In this document: piece by piece, positions 62,663 to 64,000 of the stretch | Numbering within the stretch: the first letter of the stretch is position 1 | Layout of the letters: each line of letters opens with the position of its first letter | Source of the DNA: Synechococcus sp. | GTDB taxonomy: Bacteria; Cyanobacteriota; Cyanobacteriia; PCC-6307; Cyanobiaceae | Length of the DNA stretch: 64,000 bases | Reading direction: 5' to 3' | NCBI GenBank assembly: GCA_047285805.1 | Contig: JBJBCN010000002.1 | Location: 1,184,001-1,248,000, forward strand | Position numbers and translations under genes: made by a program | The notes under the pieces: model-generated | Seen by the model: the letters and a program-made list of their open reading frames with translations, nothing else | Told to the model about the DNA's origin: nothing | Database searches by the model: none

Positions 62663-63499
62663 GTGCGACCTGCTGATCTGCTCACGTGCAAGCAGGAGGG
62701 CCGGCCCATCGCCGTCCTGACCGCCTGGGATGCCCTCTCCGCGGCCCTCGTGGAGGATGCCGGCGCGGACGCGATCCTGGTGGGCGATTCCCTGGCCATG
62801 GTGGTGCTGGGGCATGCCACCACGCTTCCGATCACCCTGGAGGAAATGGTGATGCACACCCGGGCCGTGGGCCGAGGGCTGCTGCGCCCCAGCAATCAGC
62901 AGCCGCTGATCATCACGGACTTGCCGTTCCTCAGCTACCAGTGCGGCGTAGACCAAGCCGTGGCCGCCGCCGGGCAAGTGCTGAAGAACAGTCCCGCCGC
63001 CGCCGTGAAGCTGGAAGGCGGGGAACCGGAGACCTTGGCGGTGGTTGACCGCCTCGTGCGATCTGGCATCCCGGTGATGGGACACCTTGGGCTCACCCCC
63101 CAGTCGGTGCATCGCTTGGGCTATCGCCGCCAGGCCAATGACCCCATCAGCCAAGAACGACTGAAGCGCTGCGCCCGGGACCTGCAAGCCGCTGGATGCT
63201 TCTCACTGGTCCTCGAGCATGTGCCAGCTGCCTTGGCCGGGGCACTGAGCCAGGAGCTGACGATCCCTGTCATTGGCATTGGCGCCGGTGAGCAGTGCGA
63301 CGGCCAGGTGCGCGTCACCGCTGACCTTCTGGGACTGACGGCCAAGCAACCACCCTTCTGCCCGCCGCTTCTGCAGGGCCGAGAGCTGTGTGTTGAAGCC
63401 CTCAGGGGCTGGGTCTCGGCGCTTCAACCTGCTCCGCCCACCACGCCAGCCACTCCCTCAGAACCGCGTTACTCAGAGCCAAGCCCTCTGGATCACTGA
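62663..63499 (+). CDS. panB: 3-methyl-2-oxobutanoate hydroxymethyltransferase
   Basis: [31 protein letters not shown]. Confidence 0.96.
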   Translation: MRPADLLTCKQEGRPIAVLTAWDALSAALVEDAGADAILVGDSLAMVVLGHATTLPITLEEMVMHTRAVGRGLLRPSNQQPLIITDLPFLSYQCGVDQAVAAAGQVLKNSPAAAVKLEGGEPETLAVVDRLVRSGIPVMGHLGLTPQSVHRLGYRRQANDPISQERLKRCARDLQAAGCFSLVLEHVPAALAGALSQELTIPVIGIGAGEQCDGQVRVTADLLGLTAKQPPFCPPLLQGRELCVEALRGWVSALQPAPPTTPATPSEPRYSEPSPLDH

Positions 63500-64000
63500 G
63501 CCGCCAGCGGCTGCCCTCACGGCGCAGCAAGCCGCGCTGGAGGTAGGGCTGCCAGCTGCGCTCTAGCTCCGCCTGATCCAAACCAACCAGGAGCGGCGCG
63601 AGCTGAACCCCCTCCCGCCGGCGCAGACCAACCATCACCCGCTCGTCGATCGCCATGGGCTGGGGAACTTGGGCCTCATCCCGCTCCCGTTGCAACCAGG
63701 CGGCGTAGGCCTCACGGGTTCGGGGCCGGGCTTGCCGTTCGCCGCACGGCGCGGCGGTCGCCCCCATGCCAAACCCCCACCAGCCGGCGCCGCTCCAATA
63801 GACGCGGTTGTGGCGCGAGGCGTGCCCCGGCTGGGCGTAGTTCGAGATCTCGTAGTGGCCAAAGCCCGCGGCGGCCAAGGTGCCGGCGGTCAGCTCCATC
63901 AAATCCGCGGAGAGGTCCTCCTCCGGCAGCTGGATTTGCCCGCGGGACTCCAACCGCTCAAAGACCGTCCCTGGTTCCACGATCAGGTCATAGACCGAGA
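63402..64000 (-). CDS. hemW: Radical SAM heme chaperone HemW/HemN-like, C-terminal part
   Basis: [22 protein letters not shown]; 5' part outside window. Confidence 0.85.
   Translation of the reverse strand, partial: SVYDLIVEPGTVFERLESRGQIQLPEEDLSADLMELTAGTLAAAGFGHYEISNYAQPGHASRHNRVYWSGAGWWGFGMGATAAPCGERQARPRTREAYAAWLQRERDEAQVPQPMAIDERVMVGLRRREGVQLAPLLVGLDQAELERSWQPYLQRGLLRREGSRWRLSDPEGLALSNAVLREWLAWWAEQVEAPRPSP

Overview
GC-rich picocyanobacterial (Synechococcus/Cyanobium-like) chromosome segment. It is mostly conserved housekeeping genes: the ctaE tail, ribE, cobT, topA, ndhB, birA, vipp1, sppA, aroH, rpmH-rnpA-yidC, ycf46, murE, rpsD, trpC, lpdA, murA, argD, folC, miaB, ddl, ftsQ-ftsZ, panB and the hemW tail. 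It also has three tRNAs (Leu-CAG, Leu-CAA, His-GTG) and the SRP RNA. Two AT-richer, decaying integrative elements sit inside protein-coding genes rather than tRNAs. Element 1 (~28994-36933, ~7.9 kb) is inserted in the first codons of a class-V aminotransferase/cysteine lyase gene. The native-looking RBS+ATG is stranded at the left junction and a recoded N-terminus is supplied at the right junction. It carries a pseudogenised tyrosine integrase, matching arm-like repeats at both ends, a ~13-unit 25-26-bp periodic non-coding GTATAC array, a broken hypothetical gene, and surface/cargo genes (FkbM-like, esterase, degenerate nuclease, beta-barrel OMP). Element 2 (~40860-43703, ~2.8 kb) is bounded by a 22-bp duplication of the rpsD 3' end. 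It carries an internally deleted integrase remnant, a LexA-box-preceded pair of small Cys-rich genes and a Yfr1-like ACTCCTCACA hairpin. All calls come from reading the sequence and recognising motifs; no searches were run.
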